This document shows positions 37,116 to 47,164 of a DNA stretch of 64,000 nucleotides, piece after piece. The stretch covers positions 116,010 through 180,009 of the forward strand of contig CAYZYT010000003.1 of NCBI GenBank assembly GCA_964482725.1, given 5' to 3'. Below the pieces are notes generated by a model. That model saw only the letters and a list, made by a program, of their open reading frames with translations, did no database searches and was not told where the DNA came from. Position 1 is the stretch's first letter; each line of letters opens with the position of its first letter. Origin of the DNA: an uncultured bacterium (GTDB taxonomy: Bacteria; Omnitrophota; Omnitrophia; Omnitrophales; Aquincolibacteriaceae). Made by a program: the position numbers and the translations under genes.

Positions 37116-37451
37116 ATGGGAATCGAATCCTTTCCAGAGATCGAGAATTTTCAAAAGTTACCGCGCGAAGTGATCATCAAAGGCGCCAGCACCCACTTCA
37201 ATGAAGCGGAAGGCGCGTCCCTCCAAGGCATTGTTATCAACAATATCGGCCATCCTATTAAGAATATCCGCGCTCAATTGGTGATCTTTGATAAGAATCA
37301 GGTCCCTCTCTTGGGGACCAGTGTTCCGACCGAACCAGACCACTTGCCCCAGGGCGGGATTGCGAATTTTCAATTTCGGCTAAAGGAGCATAAAACAGAG
37401 ATTAAAAAATATTTCTTGCACGCCAATTGGGGCTTTGACGAAACGGTCTAG
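37116..37451 (+). CDS. Small FxLYD-like beta-sandwich protein
   Basis: GAGG RBS; LQGIVINN..HPIKNI...IFDKNQ..LG...LPQGGIANF pattern. Confidence 0.6.
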   Translation: MGIESFPEIENFQKLPREVIIKGASTHFNEAEGASLQGIVINNIGHPIKNIRAQLVIFDKNQVPLLGTSVPTEPDHLPQGGIANFQFRLKEHKTEIKKYFLHANWGFDETV

Positions 37452-37600
37452 CCCGTTGAAAAGTTATCCGCCAGAGAACGGATCCGCCTGGCAATGGGTG
37501 GTCGGATATAGGGCGGAAAATCAATTGAAACGCCGTGCCAGTTCGTTTAAGCTATGGGCCGTTTCTAGAGGTCTGAAATGCCCCCCGGAGAATGGCCCCG

Positions 37601-37801
37601 ATGGAAAATTATGTATGTCCGGTTTGCAAGGAGCAGTTGGAGCACGATTTGATGGTTTTTTTGAAACATACGGACCATCACATTATCGAAGTGATCCTGA
37701 AGGAGCATCCCAAGTGGGCAAACCGGGACGGGATCTGCCGGGAGTGTTTGGATTATTATAAGAAAAGCATCGGCCATACATCTTACATGGACGAGATGTA
37801 A
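37601..37801 (+). CDS. Small putative metal-binding protein (CxxC...H...CxxC)
   Basis: GGAG RBS; YVCPVC...KHTDHH...HPKW...GICREC. Confidence 0.65.
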   Translation: MENYVCPVCKEQLEHDLMVFLKHTDHHIIEVILKEHPKWANRDGICRECLDYYKKSIGHTSYMDEM

Positions 37802-37837
37802 TTTCGATCGGTCGGAAGGTAAGGGATCATAAAGGCA

Positions 37838-38287
37838 ATGAAGAAATTTTTGGTGGGCGTTTTCTTGGCGGTCTCGTTCAGCTTTGTTTTTTCAGGCACA
37901 GTTCCTGCGGCCATGGGTGCGGAGGCACTCGAACCTGTGGAGCAATCCCAGGCCTACCAGGAATTCCTTAAAAAGCCCGGGAACGATCTTGCCAAGATGG
38001 TCTGTCTCCTGAATTATTTCCGGACCGCACCGGTCGTGGTTCGGTTCGAAGGGATCGATTACACGGCGCAAGTCGCTTATCCGATCGGGTTGGTGTATTT
38101 GATGACCAATTATCGGAACGAGAAGCCGGATGCCTGGGCGAAGAAGCATTGCTATCGGTCGATTTTTAGTAACAAAATCATTTATTTAAAGTTTGAGGAT
38201 GGCAGTTTGCGGCCGGCCCGCGATGTAATCCTTGAAAAATATCATGAACTTGAGGCGGCCCAGAAGAAGCGGGCTTCCGCGGCCTAA
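37838..38287 (+). CDS. Secreted protein, DUF5329/YfeK-like
   Basis: Signal peptide; C-terminal CYRS..SNKIIYLKFEDGS.RPA.D..LE resembles DUF5329. Confidence 0.55.
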   Translation: MKKFLVGVFLAVSFSFVFSGTVPAAMGAEALEPVEQSQAYQEFLKKPGNDLAKMVCLLNYFRTAPVVVRFEGIDYTAQVAYPIGLVYLMTNYRNEKPDAWAKKHCYRSIFSNKIIYLKFEDGSLRPARDVILEKYHELEAAQKKRASAA

Positions 38288-38302
38288 AAGGGAGGTGCTT
38301 GG

Positions 38303-38527
38303 ATGGTGACCGAAATGGACGTCAAACCTGTAAGATCGCGTGATCTCGCGCTGATCGGTTATGATGCTGCGACAGCGATCCTGGAGGTTGTCTTTCGTGC
38401 CGGCGGTGTGTATCGCTATCAAGAGGTTCCCGAAAGTATTTATCACGGATTGATGGCCGCGCCATCGCATGGGACCTTTTTCCAGAAACATATCAAGGTC
38501 CAGTATCCTTTCGTGAAGGTCAGCTGA
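38303..38527 (+). CDS. KTSC domain protein
   Basis: VRSRDLALIGYD...LEVVFRAGGVYRYQEVP..IY.GLMAAPSHGTFF...IK; GGAGG RBS. Confidence 0.92.
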   Translation: MVTEMDVKPVRSRDLALIGYDAATAILEVVFRAGGVYRYQEVPESIYHGLMAAPSHGTFFQKHIKVQYPFVKVS

Positions 38528-38535
38528 TCTTTGCG

Positions 38536-39465
38536 ATGAAAAAGAGACTGTTCCTTATTTTCAGCGCGCTTCTTTTTCTCGTTCTTCCCGCACTTTTTTT
38601 CAATGCTCCTGTTGCCCGGGCGGAAGATTCGCTTCTCAAGATCCAGGTGCTTCCCGACCAGAACTCCGTGAAGGGCGGGATGATGTTCCTGGTTCATGTG
38701 CAGGCTTTGAACTCGAGCTCCGATACCTCCGTGGAATTTTGGAGCAATTCCTGCTCTTATGAGAAACATTGGGTGACGGACAATGCCGGGGTGTTTATCC
38801 AATCCTGGACCTGTAATGAAAACACTCTCGAGCCGGTTACGCTGGGTCCTGGCGAGGCTTATGAGAAGAATCTCATTCTCTACATCCCTAAAAAAGATAA
38901 GACCGATCCGGTGGTTTTTCGGCTTGGGTTCAAACGCATGAGCGAGGCCGGCGATGTCTCGGAGCCTCTTTGGAGCGATCCGGTGACGATGAACGTCATT
39001 GTTCCCGAAGAAATGAAGGAAGTCGTGCCGCCTTCTGTTGCGGAGACCGCCTCTCAAACGCCGGATCAAGTTCCGGGCACCTCGGTTAAAATCATCGGAA
39101 CGCCTTCCAAGGCGATGCCGGATTCTGCCGTGCCGGCAGAAAGTCAACCCTTGGTGTTTCAGGATCCCGGCGTGCCTATCAAGATTTCGCCTGGCCAGGA
39201 ATTTTCAATTGCTCTGACGAGCAATCCCTCGACAGGATTTGGCTGGAAGATGACCCTGCCGGTAGACCAGAAGACCGTTAAGCCTTTGGGGTCCGGGTAT
39301 GTCGCTCCTCAGAAAATGTTGATGGGTGCTCCCGGTGAAGAGGTTTATAAATTCAAGGCCATGACCCCGGGCGAGACCAAGGTTGACTTTGTCTATGAGC
39401 GGCCGTGGGAACGTAAAACCACTCCGCCCCGTAAGATCTTCACAATTCTAGTTGAAAAGAATTAG
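38536..39465 (+). CDS. Secreted protein with an N-terminal Ig-like domain and a C-terminal chagasin-type (I42) cysteine-protease inhibitor domain
   Basis: Signal peptide; NPSTGFGW, GAPG and YERPWE chagasin motifs. Confidence 0.85.
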   Translation: MKKRLFLIFSALLFLVLPALFFNAPVARAEDSLLKIQVLPDQNSVKGGMMFLVHVQALNSSSDTSVEFWSNSCSYEKHWVTDNAGVFIQSWTCNENTLEPVTLGPGEAYEKNLILYIPKKDKTDPVVFRLGFKRMSEAGDVSEPLWSDPVTMNVIVPEEMKEVVPPSVAETASQTPDQVPGTSVKIIGTPSKAMPDSAVPAESQPLVFQDPGVPIKISPGQEFSIALTSNPSTGFGWKMTLPVDQKTVKPLGSGYVAPQKMLMGAPGEEVYKFKAMTPGETKVDFVYERPWERKTTPPRKIFTILVEKN

Positions 39466-39480
39466 CTCTCCCATAAAGCG

Positions 39481-39569
39481 CGTTATCCTAAGCAAAGCGA
39501 AGGATCGCGCTTTGAGATTCTTCGCCCTGCTTCTTACTTTCGCAAGAAAGCATCGGGCTCAGCATGACG
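39481..39569. repeat. GT(C/T)ATCCT(G/A)AGC...GCTCAGCATGAC palindromic element (copy 3, with an extra internal hairpin)
   Basis: CGTTATCCTAAGC-AAA-GCGAAGGATC...GAGATTCTTCGC...GCTCAGCATGACG. Confidence 0.8.
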
Positions 39570-39619
39570 GACAGTAGGGGCATGCTGTTTAATCCCCGTC
39601 ATTTCTCAGAGATGCTCCC

Positions 39620-40984
39620 ATGAATAAAAAACACGTAATGATCGTGGGGGGCGGCGTCTCTGGCCTGAGCACCGCCTTTTTTCTTTCCCGAAGAGCTTCC
39701 CGGGGACATCTTCCTCTCAAGATCACCGTACTCGAAGCTTCGAACCGTTTCGGTGGGGTGCTTCGTACGCTGGCCTGCGAAGATCTTCAGATGGAAGCCG
39801 GCGCGGATGCTTTCTATGCCGGCCCCAAGGATGATGTCATGGATCTTTGCCGTGAGCTGGATCTCCAGGACGATCTCATCGAAGCGGCGCCGTGTTTTCG
39901 GCATTTCTTCAGCGTTAAAAATAAAAAACCTTATCCTGTCCCCGGTCTTCCCGGATCTTTTGGGGACGTCCTGCGCCTTCTGAGTCATTCCCAGATGAGT
40001 TTCCTCGCGAAATGCCGGATGCTGGGGGAACCGTTCATCTCGCGCCGAAAAGAAAAGGGCGATGAAAGCCTCGCAGATTTCATCCGGCGCCGTCTTGGGC
40101 AGGGCTTCTTCCGGGAATTCGTAAAACCCCTGGTGCGGGGCGTTTACATGATGGACCCTGAAACTATGAGTCTGGAAGCGGCATTCCCGCGCTTACGGCA
40201 GGCCGAGAAAACCTGCGGGAGTCTTACGGCATCTTTTTTGAATAAGAAAAGTGAAAAGGACCCGCCAAAATTTTTCACTCTTAAACAAGGTCTTGAAGGA
40301 CTGATCCGGGCGCTCGAACGGGAATTGGAGCAATGCGAGTTTCGGCTCTCAACGCCTGTTCGTCAATGTGCCTTTCGCAAGGGGTGGGAAATTTTTCTGG
40401 AGAATGGCGAAGTTTTGCATGCGGATAGCCTGTTTCTTGCTATGAACGCTTGCGATGCCGCTCAATTGCTTTCCGGGAACGCTCCGGAACTTTCCGCGGG
40501 ACTCTCGGGTATCCGGTACGATTCGATCGCCACGGTGAATCTCATTTACAGGGTCGAAGACATGCCGTCCGGGGGCTGGGATCCCGGGTTCCTGGTGCCT
40601 ATGGAGGGCGAGCCGTATCCTTTTTCAAGTCTCAAATGGCTCGGCCCGAGCGCGGATGGAAAAACGTTTTCACTGCGAGCATTTCTTTCCGAGGCGATGA
40701 TGCCCGGGCTTTTTAACGAGACCGATGAAGTGCTTCAACGAAAGATCCGGATCTTTTTGAGTGACTCCTGTGGCATTCAGGCCAAGCCGTTGAGTGTCAG
40801 CATCCAGCGCTATCCGGATGCGTTGCCGCAGTATGAAACAGGCCATTTTGAGCGTGTGACACGGATCGAAAAAAGGGTACTTCAATATCCCGGGCTGCAC
40901 CTCACAGGGAATGGATTTCGCGGATTCGGTATTGCCGATTGTATTCACCAAGCTCGGATCGTTGCTTCCAGCCACCAGTTCTGA
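39620..40984 (+). CDS. hemG: Protoporphyrinogen/coproporphyrinogen oxidase (HemY/HemG type)
   Basis: VGGGVSGL, LEAS.R.GG, EAGAD, DESLADFIRRRLG, LPQY..GH, G.GIADCI. Confidence 0.85.
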   Translation: MNKKHVMIVGGGVSGLSTAFFLSRRASRGHLPLKITVLEASNRFGGVLRTLACEDLQMEAGADAFYAGPKDDVMDLCRELDLQDDLIEAAPCFRHFFSVKNKKPYPVPGLPGSFGDVLRLLSHSQMSFLAKCRMLGEPFISRRKEKGDESLADFIRRRLGQGFFREFVKPLVRGVYMMDPETMSLEAAFPRLRQAEKTCGSLTASFLNKKSEKDPPKFFTLKQGLEGLIRALERELEQCEFRLSTPVRQCAFRKGWEIFLENGEVLHADSLFLAMNACDAAQLLSGNAPELSAGLSGIRYDSIATVNLIYRVEDMPSGGWDPGFLVPMEGEPYPFSSLKWLGPSADGKTFSLRAFLSEAMMPGLFNETDEVLQRKIRIFLSDSCGIQAKPLSVSIQRYPDALPQYETGHFERVTRIEKRVLQYPGLHLTGNGFRGFGIADCIHQARIVASSHQF

Positions 40985-41045
40985 TGGCTCCGAGGAAGAA
41001 ACCATTCCTAGTAGTACCTCCTTAAATGGGGTATAATTCCTCCCC

Positions 41046-43124
41046 ATGCAAATTCGAGAAAATCCCGTCTCTTCAAACTGTGCCTGCTCTTTGGAGGTCT
41101 CCTCGGAGGCCTCAAGCACGGCAAGTTCCCATCCATACAAACGCCTCCATCTTTTTCTGATCAAGCCCTCCAAGTACGATGATGAGGGGTATGTGATCCG
41201 CTATTGGAAAGGGGTCCTTCCCAGCAATACCCTTTCTTGTCTGAACGGCCTTAGCGAGGACGTTCGCGAACGGGGTGTCTTGGGTAAGGACCTGGCTTGG
41301 GAGATCACGCTGATCGATGATACGGTTCAAGGCATTCCTTATCGAAAGATCATTAAAGAAAACCATCGGGTCGGAACCAAAACCGTGGTCTGCCTGGTCG
41401 GTGTTCAGTCCAATCAGATGCCGCGCGCCGCGGATATCGCGATGAGATTCCGCATGGCCGGGATTGATGTTTTGTTGGGAGGGTTCCATGTCAGTGGCGT
41501 TGTGGCGACTTTGCCCGACCTTACCCCGGAACTCGTGACGCTCCGGAATGCCGGCGTAAGCCTTTCCGCAGGGGAAGCTGAAGGCGGGCATTGGGAGCAG
41601 ATGTTGAATGATGTGATCCATGATCGAATCAAGCCCATGTATAATTTCCTGAATGATATCCCGGATATTTCGAAAGCGCCTTTTCCGCGCATCAATCCTA
41701 AACATCAGACGCGTTACGCGCTCCAGCACTTCGGGACGCTCGACTGCGGCCGCGGTTGCCCCTTTGGGTGCAGTTTTTGTACGGTCATCAATGTCCAGGG
41801 TCGCAAGATGCGCTTCCGGGATGTCGATCTTCTGATCGAAACGGTCCGCGAAGGTTATCGCAGCCACAAGATCTCGCATTATTTTTTTACAGATGACAAT
41901 TTTTGCCGTCACAAGAACTGGGAAACGATCCTGGACCGTTTGATCGAGCTGAAAGAAAAAGAGGGGATCCCGTTCCATTTCATGATGCAGCTGGACACCC
42001 AGGCCCACACGGTGCCGAATTTTGTGGAAAAAGCGGCCCGGGCCGGCTGCCGGCAGGTCTTTATCGGGATGGAAAGCTTGAATCAGGAGAATCTCAAAGC
42101 TGCGAAGAAGAGCCAGAACGATATCGAAAATTTCAAAAAACTCGTCGATTCTTTTCATGAGGTCGGGATCGTTTGCCATTTAGCCTATATCATCGGGTTC
42201 CCTCTGGATACGGTGGAATCCGTCAAGCAAGACATTGAAAAACTCTTGTCCTTCGGTGCGGGGCAAGCTTCGTTTTTTATGATGACGCCGCTTCCGGGGG
42301 CTATGGATTATAAAAACGCTCTCGAGAAAGGGATGCTGCTGGACGCGGACCTTAATAATTATGACACCTTTCATGAAACCCATCGTCACCCGCGGATGAA
42401 ACCGGGGGAATGGCAGGTCGCTTACGAGGCGGCGTGGCAAGCCTTTTACAGCGTGGAGAACATGAAGAAGATCCTGGCCCGGGACCTCAAGGCGGATAAC
42501 TACTGGGGCATTTTTTCAAACTTCATGTGGTATAAGAATTCCATCGATGTGGAAGGCGGGCATCCGATGATCAGCGGTTTCTTTCGCTTGAAGGAACGTT
42601 TGGAGCGTCGGGCGGGCTATCCGATCGAAGGTCGTTGGGTCTATTCCAAACGGAGATTTTGGGATATTCTGCGTGCGGTGAAGGGCCGGTGGAAGCTGAC
42701 ACTCGAGCTTGAAGAAGTTTGGCTCGCGACGCGCCACCGAGGACCTCTCGAGCAGAAAGTGATCTCCGAGATCGCGCGAATGACTCAGTGCGCGAAGGAA
42801 TGGCGGGACCTCAGGACTTCGGAGCTTTTCCTCCTGTATCAGAAAGCCGCCACAGCCCTCGAAAAAAAGAATATTTACCGGTTTCGCATCCCATCACGTT
42901 TCCAGATCTGGATGAACAAGTGGAACCTTTTTTCGCTCCGATTGACTTCGACGCGTGAGCCGCTCCAGAAGTTTTGGGATCATGTTCAGGCATCTTGGAA
43001 ACGGGGGGACGTGCTGCGGGTCAACTATCTCCGGATGTTCCTTGCGATGATCGAGGAGTCCGTTTATTTCATTCGATTTATTCTTTCTATTGTTATCTCC
43101 GGGATCTTTTTAAGGAAACATTGA
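41046..43124 (+). CDS. B12-binding-domain radical SAM protein with a long C-terminal extension
   Basis: LIKPSKYDDEGYVI, LGGFHVSG, GEAE, GRGCPFGCSFC, TDDNF, FIGMES, TPLPG. Start uncertain. Confidence 0.88.
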   Translation: MQIRENPVSSNCACSLEVSSEASSTASSHPYKRLHLFLIKPSKYDDEGYVIRYWKGVLPSNTLSCLNGLSEDVRERGVLGKDLAWEITLIDDTVQGIPYRKIIKENHRVGTKTVVCLVGVQSNQMPRAADIAMRFRMAGIDVLLGGFHVSGVVATLPDLTPELVTLRNAGVSLSAGEAEGGHWEQMLNDVIHDRIKPMYNFLNDIPDISKAPFPRINPKHQTRYALQHFGTLDCGRGCPFGCSFCTVINVQGRKMRFRDVDLLIETVREGYRSHKISHYFFTDDNFCRHKNWETILDRLIELKEKEGIPFHFMMQLDTQAHTVPNFVEKAARAGCRQVFIGMESLNQENLKAAKKSQNDIENFKKLVDSFHEVGIVCHLAYIIGFPLDTVESVKQDIEKLLSFGAGQASFFMMTPLPGAMDYKNALEKGMLLDADLNNYDTFHETHRHPRMKPGEWQVAYEAAWQAFYSVENMKKILARDLKADNYWGIFSNFMWYKNSIDVEGGHPMISGFFRLKERLERRAGYPIEGRWVYSKRRFWDILRAVKGRWKLTLELEEVWLATRHRGPLEQKVISEIARMTQCAKEWRDLRTSELFLLYQKAATALEKKNIYRFRIPSRFQIWMNKWNLFSLRLTSTREPLQKFWDHVQASWKRGDVLRVNYLRMFLAMIEESVYFIRFILSIVISGIFLRKH

Positions 43125-43128
43125 AGAC

Positions 43129-43216
43129 TGGTACTTAGTACATAGTACTTGGTACTTGGAAAAACAAGCCGGATTTCAAACGTTTTGCTATGTACCATGT
43201 ACTACGTACCAGGTGC
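43129..43216. repeat. Heptamer-periodic inverted repeat (TAGTACT type)
   Basis: TGGTACT TAGTACA TAGTACT TGGTACT ... CTATGTA CCATGTA CTACGTA CCAGGTG. Confidence 0.85.
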
Positions 43217-43259
43217 TCAATCCTTTAGAATCTTAATCAGAAGAAAAGGTCTGTGAATT

Positions 43260-44879
43260 TTGAAAGTCTATCTCATCAATCCCCGTTTTCAGCCGACGAT
43301 CTGGTCCTTTGAGGGGCTTCAGCCGCTTACCGGGACCCGTTTTTCTACGACGCCCCTCGGCCTTGCCACCGTGGCCGCTCTCACGCCGGAACCTTGGGAG
43401 GTCGAGATCAGTGACGAGAACGTCGAGGACATCAATTTTGATTCTGCTGCCGACCTGATCGCGATCAGTGCTTTCAATGTGCAGTACCACCGGGCGCTTG
43501 AGATCATCGCGGAATTCAGGAGGCGCGGCAAGAAGATCGCCGTCGGAGGGCCTTACAACAGCCTTTTCCCGGAAGCCTTCGAGGGGAAATGTGATTACCG
43601 GATCGTCGGGGAGGCTGAAGAGATATGGCCTGAATTCCTTCGCGATTTTGAACAAGGAAAAGCTCGGGAACTTTATAAGGCAGTCGCCAAGGCCGATATC
43701 AAAAAAAGTCCGATTCCGCGCTATGACCTCATTCGCGGCGACCGTTACAACATGTTCTCACTCCAGACCAGCCGGGGGTGTCCGTACAATTGCGAGTTCT
43801 GTGACATTATTGTGATGGACGGGCGCGTGCCGCGCACGAAGACCGTTTCGCAAGTGCTTGCGGAGGTGGATCATTGCGTGAAGCAGGGAGCTCATTACAT
43901 TGTTTTTGGCGACGCGAATTTCATCGGTAATATTCCGTACGCCCGGGAATTGCTCACAGCCCTGGTGGATTATTCAAAAAAGAACGGCTACCCGATCGAA
44001 TTCTCCTGCGAACTAACGATCAATGTGGCGCATCATCCGGACCTTCTGGAGCTGTTCCAGGAAGCGAATTTTTATGCGCTTTTTATCGGGATCGAATCAC
44101 CTCGGAAAGCGAGCCTTGTGGAGTCGGGGAAGGTGCAGAACACGCGCGAGAATGTGTTGGAAGATATCAAGCGCATCCACTCGTATCACCTGACCGTTGT
44201 GGCCGGGATGATCGTGGGTTTCGATGCGGACGATAAACTGATATTTAAGGAAACTTTCGATTTCTTGCAGGAGCTCGGAATCCCGTTCACCACCTGCGGG
44301 ACGCTCATGGCGCTCCCCAACACCCCCTTGATCAAGCGGCTTGAAGCGGAGGGCCGTCTCTTGAGCCTGGATTGGACGGAGACCAAGGGGCACGGGTCCT
44401 CAGACTGTAATTTCGTCCCCAAACTGATGACCCAGGAAGAACTCCATCAAGGTTATAACTGGCTGAGTCGATGTCTTTACCGGTACGACACTTATGCAGA
44501 TCGTCTGGTGACGGCCTTGAACCGTTTCCGGAATCTGAATCCGGAACACAAACGCGCGTCGTTAGATTTTAAATTTACGAGCCTTCTGATCAAGCTCGCG
44601 GCTTATTATCTGCTGACCTTTGATTTTGTGCGGATGAGATTTTTTACCAGGACCTTTTGGCGCGTGGCGAAGGGCGGGCCGTTCTCGATGAGTAAGTGGC
44701 TGGAATTTTTTCGCTGGATCGCAACGCACCGGGCTTTTCGAAAATATGTGACCGAAACCCAAGGGATCCCGGAAGGACAGGATCCGAAGAAACCGCCCTT
44801 TGAAGGGGCCGGAGTTTCTGAAGATTCGAAAATGCAATCGACCCCAACTGAAAGAACTCCTACAGGGGTGGCCTTATGA
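43260..44879 (+). CDS. B12-binding radical SAM protein (YgiQ/HpnP-like, DUF4070)
   Basis: PLGLATVAAL, VGGPY, GEAE, SRGCPYNCEFCD, FIGIES, IVGFD, LPNTPL..RL..EGRL. Confidence 0.9.
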   Translation: MKVYLINPRFQPTIWSFEGLQPLTGTRFSTTPLGLATVAALTPEPWEVEISDENVEDINFDSAADLIAISAFNVQYHRALEIIAEFRRRGKKIAVGGPYNSLFPEAFEGKCDYRIVGEAEEIWPEFLRDFEQGKARELYKAVAKADIKKSPIPRYDLIRGDRYNMFSLQTSRGCPYNCEFCDIIVMDGRVPRTKTVSQVLAEVDHCVKQGAHYIVFGDANFIGNIPYARELLTALVDYSKKNGYPIEFSCELTINVAHHPDLLELFQEANFYALFIGIESPRKASLVESGKVQNTRENVLEDIKRIHSYHLTVVAGMIVGFDADDKLIFKETFDFLQELGIPFTTCGTLMALPNTPLIKRLEAEGRLLSLDWTETKGHGSSDCNFVPKLMTQEELHQGYNWLSRCLYRYDTYADRLVTALNRFRNLNPEHKRASLDFKFTSLLIKLAAYYLLTFDFVRMRFFTRTFWRVAKGGPFSMSKWLEFFRWIATHRAFRKYVTETQGIPEGQDPKKPPFEGAGVSEDSKMQSTPTERTPTGVAL

Positions 44880-45532
44880 TGAAGGTGACAAGCAAGATCC
44901 CTCTCGATAAACGGGCATGGCCCGGCGTCGTATTTTTGGGAATCCTCATGATCCTGGAGCGAGCCTGGCACATCCCGTATGTATTTCCAGCTCTGGGGCT
45001 TCTCCTCGTGGCGCATCTTCTTTTTTTTAGGGATCCACAACGGGAATCGCCGAGAGAACAAGGGCTTCTCGCTCCTGCGGACGGAACCGTGTCGAAGATC
45101 GACGAGGTCTTTGAGGACCGGTTCCTTCACGAACAAGCGGTCCGCATTCGTATCTTCCTTTCGGTCTTTGACGTTCATACCACGCGTGCGCCTTTGGCCG
45201 GCATTATCAAATATCAGAATTACGTGAAGGGAAAGTTCCTCAACGCTCTGCGCAAAGATGCTTTTGATCACAACGAATCCAATTGGATCGGGATCGAGAA
45301 TCGCGCGCGGCGGGTCCTGGTGCGTCAGTTGACCGGCGCGATCGCGCGGCGTATCTACTCTGACGTAGTGATCGGACAGGTGATGGGACGAGGGGAAAAG
45401 CTGGGCATGATCTGCTACGGGTCCGGGGTTGAGATCACGATCCCCAAGAGGATGTTCCGGGAGAGTGTTCGGGTGGGGCAGCATGTCGCCGGCGGGGTCA
45501 CGGTCCTCGGGACGTGGGTCGAGGAGAATTAA
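44876..45532 (+). CDS. psd: Phosphatidylserine decarboxylase proenzyme
   Basis: FFRDP.R, APADG, IFLSVFDVH, NE, GAIARRI, YGS self-cleavage site. Confidence 0.93.
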   Translation: MMKVTSKIPLDKRAWPGVVFLGILMILERAWHIPYVFPALGLLLVAHLLFFRDPQRESPREQGLLAPADGTVSKIDEVFEDRFLHEQAVRIRIFLSVFDVHTTRAPLAGIIKYQNYVKGKFLNALRKDAFDHNESNWIGIENRARRVLVRQLTGAIARRIYSDVVIGQVMGRGEKLGMICYGSGVEITIPKRMFRESVRVGQHVAGGVTVLGTWVEEN

Positions 45533-45536
45533 GACC

Positions 45537-46277
45537 ATGAAGAAACGTTTTTATTTTACGAGCGCCGCTTTTCCCAACATGATCACGATGCTCAATCTCG
45601 TGGCCGGTTTTTTTTCCATTCTGATGAGCGTCCAGGAAAAATATGAATATGCCGTCTGGCTTGTTTTTCTTGCGCTCATTCTGGATTCGTTGGACGGTCA
45701 TGTGGCCCGGATCTTTGGGAATGAAACGGAATTTGGGCGAGAATTGGATTCGCTTGCCGATGCGGTTTCTTTCGTTGTGGCGCCCTGCATGCTTGTCTAC
45801 AAGGCTTTTTTTCAGAACTCTCCCATGGCGCTTCTTTTGGTCATCGTGTTTTATCTTTGCGCCGGGATCTTTCGTTTGGCGAGGTTCAATGTGAGTCCGA
45901 CCCACGGAGGCTGTTTCGAAGGACTTCCGACGCCGGCTGCCGCCCTGACGCTCATGATGACCATGCTGGCTTTTCATAAGAACCTGTGGACCGACCGTTC
46001 TTTTTCCCTGATAAGCGAAGTGTTTCTTATGACCGCGCTTGGTTTTCTCATGGTGAGTGATATCCCTTACCCGAAGGTCTCCGCTATCAAGTTCCGTTCC
46101 TGGAGGACTTTGTTCGTGGTGCAGGTTGCCGCATTTATTGCCGTGTTTTTCTATCTTAATGTTGAAAGTGCGATCGCCTCGATCTTTTTGACATTTATTG
46201 TGCTGTCTCCGTTCTATTGTGTGTCTTTCCATAAAGCCGTAGGTGAGGATGCCCCGGATGCGGGAGGGAGCGCTTAA
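45537..46277 (+). CDS. pssA: CDP-diacylglycerol--serine O-phosphatidyltransferase
   Basis: PN.ITMLN, DSLDGHVAR...FGRELDSLADAVSF..AP, RLARFN, F.GLPTP. Confidence 0.95.
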   Translation: MKKRFYFTSAAFPNMITMLNLVAGFFSILMSVQEKYEYAVWLVFLALILDSLDGHVARIFGNETEFGRELDSLADAVSFVVAPCMLVYKAFFQNSPMALLLVIVFYLCAGIFRLARFNVSPTHGGCFEGLPTPAAALTLMMTMLAFHKNLWTDRSFSLISEVFLMTALGFLMVSDIPYPKVSAIKFRSWRTLFVVQVAAFIAVFFYLNVESAIASIFLTFIVLSPFYCVSFHKAVGEDAPDAGGSA

Positions 46278-46894
46278 TGCTGATCGGGATCTTGACTGGT
46301 TTTTTGGCGTCCTGTTTTGGCTGGCAGATCGATCTGATCGCGATTCAGCGCGGTCTCAAACGGGGGCGCATAGCGGCTTTTTTGGTGGGGTGTGGTGCGA
46401 TCCTGGCGGACATGATATTCCTTTCGGTCGGTTTCACAGGCACCCAACCCCTTTTAGACCACCCAGAATGGTGGGGGATTATCCGATGGCTGGGGATTGG
46501 GGTGATCTTAGTGTTGGCGGCACGTGGTTTTTGGGGCCATAGCCAACCCCGGAAGCAGGACGAAGAGGTGAGCAAAAGGAATCCGACGAAAAACTTTCTC
46601 GTCGGATTCTTGGTGGTCATCACGAATCCCGTGGTTTTCCTGATGTGGGTTGGGATCATCGGTTTTTTGAGGACCCATTTCCCCGAGGCGCGTGAGCCTT
46701 GGTTCAAGGAGCTCTTTCTGGGCGGTTTTCTGATCGGGGCCCTGCTTTGGTTTATTCCTCTCGCTTTCATTTTTTTAAAGAAATTAGAAGGCTGGAGTGA
46801 GGAGAATCACTCGTTCCTCTCGCGGCTTTCTTCCGGGACGCTTGTTTTAGTCGCCCTCTACTTGATCTTTTTTGAAAAACTCAGTTTTTCTTGA
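46277..46894 (+). CDS. LysE family translocator
   Basis: AIQRGLKRG..AAFLVGCGAILAD, FLVGFLVVITNP; overlaps the pssA stop (TAATG). Confidence 0.85.
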   Translation: MLIGILTGFLASCFGWQIDLIAIQRGLKRGRIAAFLVGCGAILADMIFLSVGFTGTQPLLDHPEWWGIIRWLGIGVILVLAARGFWGHSQPRKQDEEVSKRNPTKNFLVGFLVVITNPVVFLMWVGIIGFLRTHFPEAREPWFKELFLGGFLIGALLWFIPLAFIFLKKLEGWSEENHSFLSRLSSGTLVLVALYLIFFEKLSFS

Positions 46895-47164
46895 TGCTTC
46901 GGGCTCTCGAGAGTTGTTAGACGCAGCATTGGGGAAGTTGAGCTTTTCCGGAATGGAGCGAAGGTGAACGAATTCGCCTGTTGCCATGCTTCCTTCCTTT
47001 TGGTATATTATCGCCGCTTCCCATCCGGTTGCGACCAGTGCCTGGCAGGGTTTCAGCGCTATTTTTTCCGCATTTGATTATAATAGTTTTATTCATAAGC
47101 TAGCGCGTTGAAGTAAGAATGTCATTTCCCTGAGTGCTGCTGGTATTAAAAAAGGACCGGACAG

